From contig MU059884.1 in assembly GCA_013265495.1 (NCBI GenBank), forward strand, positions 1,434,072 through 1,498,071: DNA of 64,000 nt, read 5' to 3'. This DNA comes from Vicugna vicugna. Its lineage: Eukaryota. Each line of letters opens with the position of its first letter. Position 1 is the first letter of the stretch. Shown piece by piece: positions 61,086 to 64,000 of the stretch. Below the pieces are notes generated by a model that had not been told where the DNA came from, did not search any database, and saw only the letters and a list, made by a program, of their open reading frames with translations. A program made the translations under genes and the position numbers.

Positions 61086-61494
61086 GTAAGTGTAGAGATG
61101 CGATTTCTCATTGCTGATTTCTTTTTTTTTTCCCTGTCTCATTGCTGATTTCTTAAAACCACTTTTGAGACAAAGTAATCTACTTTAATAAGCTTTGAAA
61201 CTCAGTGTTTGAGTGGGATGAGTTATTTCCCAAAGAACATAGAGAAATTGATGATGACTTTTATAAGGTTATCAAAATCCAGTTTCTTTTCGCTTGGAAA
61301 TAGTATTATGAGGGTTAAAGAAATTGTCTAAGCCTGCTGAGTTTTTGAATAAGGGGTTATCTCTCCTGGTCTGCCGTGGGTCCATCTCACTAACGTACTT
61401 AAAGAAACCCCATGAGCTGGCAATTCTTTCAGCTTTCCCAGCACTGAAACCCATCTACCCAGTGCAGAGGCAAGCCTGCTGGGCTTGGGCCTAA

Positions 61495-61630
61495 CCACCT
61501 AATATGTATTAAATCATAATCCTCTAACCTGTGCTATGAGGTAAGTACTCTTATGAACCCATTTTAGAGATAACTAGAGAGTTACAGAACTAGAAAAGGT
61601 GAACTCAGGACCCAAAGCCAGGCAGTCAGA
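61495..61630 (-). mobile_element. MIR SINE
   Basis: taatcctctaacctgtgctatgaggtaagtac...cccattttagagat. Confidence 0.7.
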
Positions 61631-62073
61631 ATCCAGAGCCAGTCTTCACTGTGATATAATGGAACAAGAGAAATACCGGCTTTTCATGAAAAACATAATT
61701 GTAGGGTTGGCTATACCCAGACAGCTGTGGCTGAGGGATCTCCGTACAAGCATACGGCCTGTCACAGAGAAGAATGAAAAGATCGTTTGACCGTCATTCC
61801 ATTAATTCTGTAAGACTTAGTTGTTCCACTGAGCAGGGAAGGTCTGGGAGCCACGCGGTGTTGCTGGTCAATGTAAATGTGGTGTCTCTGCGGTTTTTTT
61901 TCTAGAAGACTTTTCACAGCTCCGTGAGTTTCCAAGTGGAGCGCTCGGTCCTAACTGGGAAATGACTCCAGGAAGCAGCAGTGCTCAGGGGTTAATGAGA
62001 AGCTGCACAACTCGTCTCTTAAAAAAGAAATTGTTTTTTTTAACCTTTAACTGACTTTTTTCCTTCTCAAAAG

Positions 62074-62269
62074 GCCTCCAAAGTTCTCATCTATGGGAAT
62101 TTGTGCGAGACCTGCTTCTATCTCCTGAGGAAAACTGCGGCATTCTGGAATGGGAAGACAGGGAACAAGGTATTTTTCGGGTGGTTAAATCAGAAGCCCT
62201 GGCAAAGATGTGGGGACAAAGGAAGAAAAATGACAGGATGACATACGAGAAGTTGAGCAGAGCTCTGAG
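62074..62269 (+). CDS. ELF5: ELF5 coding exon, ETS domain N-terminal part
   Basis: ctcaaaag|GC CTC...; encodes [66 protein letters not shown]; donor GAG|gtaagt; 196 nt. Confidence 0.98.
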
Positions 62270-62473
62270 GTAAGTGAATGGCGGGAAACGCCGGGAACCT
62301 TCAGGCAGAATTCTGTAAAACGGCCAGCTGGAGAAAATTCAACTGTTTTCGCAGCTTTTCACTTGACAATCAAAAGGTTAGGAACCAACATGTTGGTTCC
62401 TAGTTACAGGTGGGATTAGGGTTTGTAAATTGACACGCTGTCCTTTTCATTCTCAGCAGTGTTCCCTGGGGAT

Positions 62474-62605
62474 NNNNNNNNNNNNNNNNNNNNNNNNNNN
62501 NNNNNNNNNNNNNNNNNNNNNNNNNNNNNNNNNNNNNNNNNNNNNNNNNNNNNNNNNNNNNNNNNNNNNNNNNNNNNNNNNNNNNNNNNNNNNNNNNNNN
62601 NNNNN
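62474..62605. other. Assembly gap (132 N) in the last ELF5 intron
   Basis: N run. Confidence 1.
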
Positions 62606-62722
62606 TACCAGGGTAACCAGAGCCCGCCTCGTCACCGGAGAGGAATGAGGAGCGTGTTTGTGTTCTGTTGTTTTCCTGGGGTGTGAACCTCCCCCACATC
62701 TCTCTCCTGCTGCCTTTCACAG

Positions 62723-62819
62723 GTACTACTATAAAACAGGAATTTTGGAACGGGTCGACCGAAGATTAGTGTACAAATTTGGAAAAAATGCACACGGGTG
62801 GCAAGACGACAAGCTATGA
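62723..62819 (+). CDS. ELF5: ELF5 last coding exon, ETS domain C-terminal part to stop
   Basis: ttcacag|G TAC...; encodes [34 protein letters not shown] at 62817-62819; exon lengths sum to 768 nt = 255 aa + stop. Confidence 0.98.
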
Positions 62820-64000
62820 TCTGCTCCATCAGCAAGCTCATTTGATGGATTTCTGGCTTCTAAAACAATCAGATTGCAACAGACGCTTGAAAGTCTTTGT
62901 CTTTTTTTTAAACCTGTAAACGTGTTGATAAAATTTCTCCACATCTCAGCTGACACTTGGATTCAGAGTTGTTGTGGTCTACTTGCGGGTGATGGCAACA
63001 ACCCTTAAGAAATTCTTTTTTTTGGTTTTCACCCAAGGGGAGGGGGGATGACCTTTGATGGTACCTAGATCAGACATTACTTCCCGAATCAAGAGTTGCA
63101 GAACCACAGGAGCCAGTGCCGTTGGCGCTGCTCGGAGACAAAGGATCCGATTCTGCCCTGAGAGACTCCTCCAGTGCTCCCGTTCCAAAGGCTCCAAAGT
63201 TTTCACATACTTACTGTGGCAGCTCACGAAGAAAGAAAAAAAAAGTAATTAGTTTGTAGTCAATATAGTAGGAGGGGGTACAATGTGGGTAAGACAAACA
63301 TACTGTAGATTTTAAATCGTTAAAGTCAAATTCCATAGAAAAGTTTCTTAATTAGTAAAAGAGCTACACCATCAAGCTGGTACATAATTGGATTTAGCGT
63401 AAGTTAATAGGAAGTTTCTTAACCAAAACATCTTTTTGGCCACTCAGCAAAACGCCCATGGCCATCCTTCTGGAGTAACACACTTAAAATCAGGCACGTT
63501 CTTAATTCTCGCTGAGTTTATTCTCCCTCTACTCCTTCGGGTGGGGGGCATCAGACATGCAAAGAGTTAGTCAAAGATGCTTGCCTCAATGTCCGAATCA
63601 CGGCTGTTTCTATGATTCAAGTTATCAACACAATAAGCTCGTAATTCATCGATTCTGTCTGTGGCCAAGACGTCAACCCTTTATAGAACCAGGAGTGTCC
63701 TGACAGCTCTGTAATGTCCAATTAGATTATGCGTCCCTTTCATTTTGTCATCCTACCTGATGTGTACGCAAGCTCCAAAACACATATTTCCTTAACAAAA
63801 AATAGCGGCGCTGAATTTACACCACGTGAATGTTCACGGGTTCAAGTCTGCACTGACGTTTTCTCATCATCACTGGTAGGTGAGCTGTTGGCGCCCTCCA
63901 GCTGGGTGGACCACCCCGGACTTCTGCTTCCCAGAGCAGGAAGCTTCATGTGACAAGGCGCTGAACCACGATGCAGGCTGAGGGCCTCCATGCTTACAGG
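62820..64000 (+). other. ELF5: ELF5 3' UTR, probably continuing beyond the window
   Basis: Follows the stop codon; I found no AATAAA before the window end. Confidence 0.8.

Noticed and set aside
60456-61117. 159-aa and 168-aa ORFs
   Set aside because: Lie in an L2 remnant; only the last part of the 168-aa ORF coincides with the real 69-nt exon
1-64000. CRISPR arrays, tRNA/rRNA genes, prokaryotic operons or a second protein-coding gene such as EHF or CAT
   Set aside because: No regularly spaced repeat-spacer array, no structural RNA signature and no exons of neighbouring genes recognised

Overview
This is mammalian genomic DNA carrying the complete coding region of ELF5 (ESE-2), an epithelial ETS transcription factor, on the + strand. 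Six coding exons (40391-40511, 51285-51518, 54640-54690, 61017-61085, 62074-62269, 62723-62819) total 768 nt, all have GT-AG junctions, and encode a 255-aa protein with an N-terminal PNT domain and a C-terminal ETS domain. The main promoter and non-coding first exon are at ~33.3-33.8 kb, and a candidate alternative first exon is at ~35.75-35.98 kb. The 3' UTR runs past the window end. Positions 1-33 kb are upstream intergenic DNA made largely of old repeats (MIR, L2, MLT1, MER, L1). Cetartiodactyl-type L1 3' ends and an ERV1 LTR, with no recognisable Alu, Bov-tA, CHR or PRE-1 SINEs, suggest a camelid-like artiodactyl (inference). Five short N gaps are present, none in a coding exon. I see no CRISPR array, rRNA, tRNA or second protein-coding gene, and nearly all ORF-track entries are spurious. 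I found no evidence of a new multi-gene system. The best leads are regulatory or lineage-specific: an alternative first exon whose ATG is out of frame with ELF5, a STAT5-C/EBP-STAT5 motif cluster, an intronic CpG island next to a solo LTR lacking a poly(A) signal, an Arg at a reported acetylation Lys (K134R), and two twin-primed inverted L1 insertions. Repeat family names and human comparisons are from memory and need RepeatMasker or alignment checks. Repeat boundaries are approximate.
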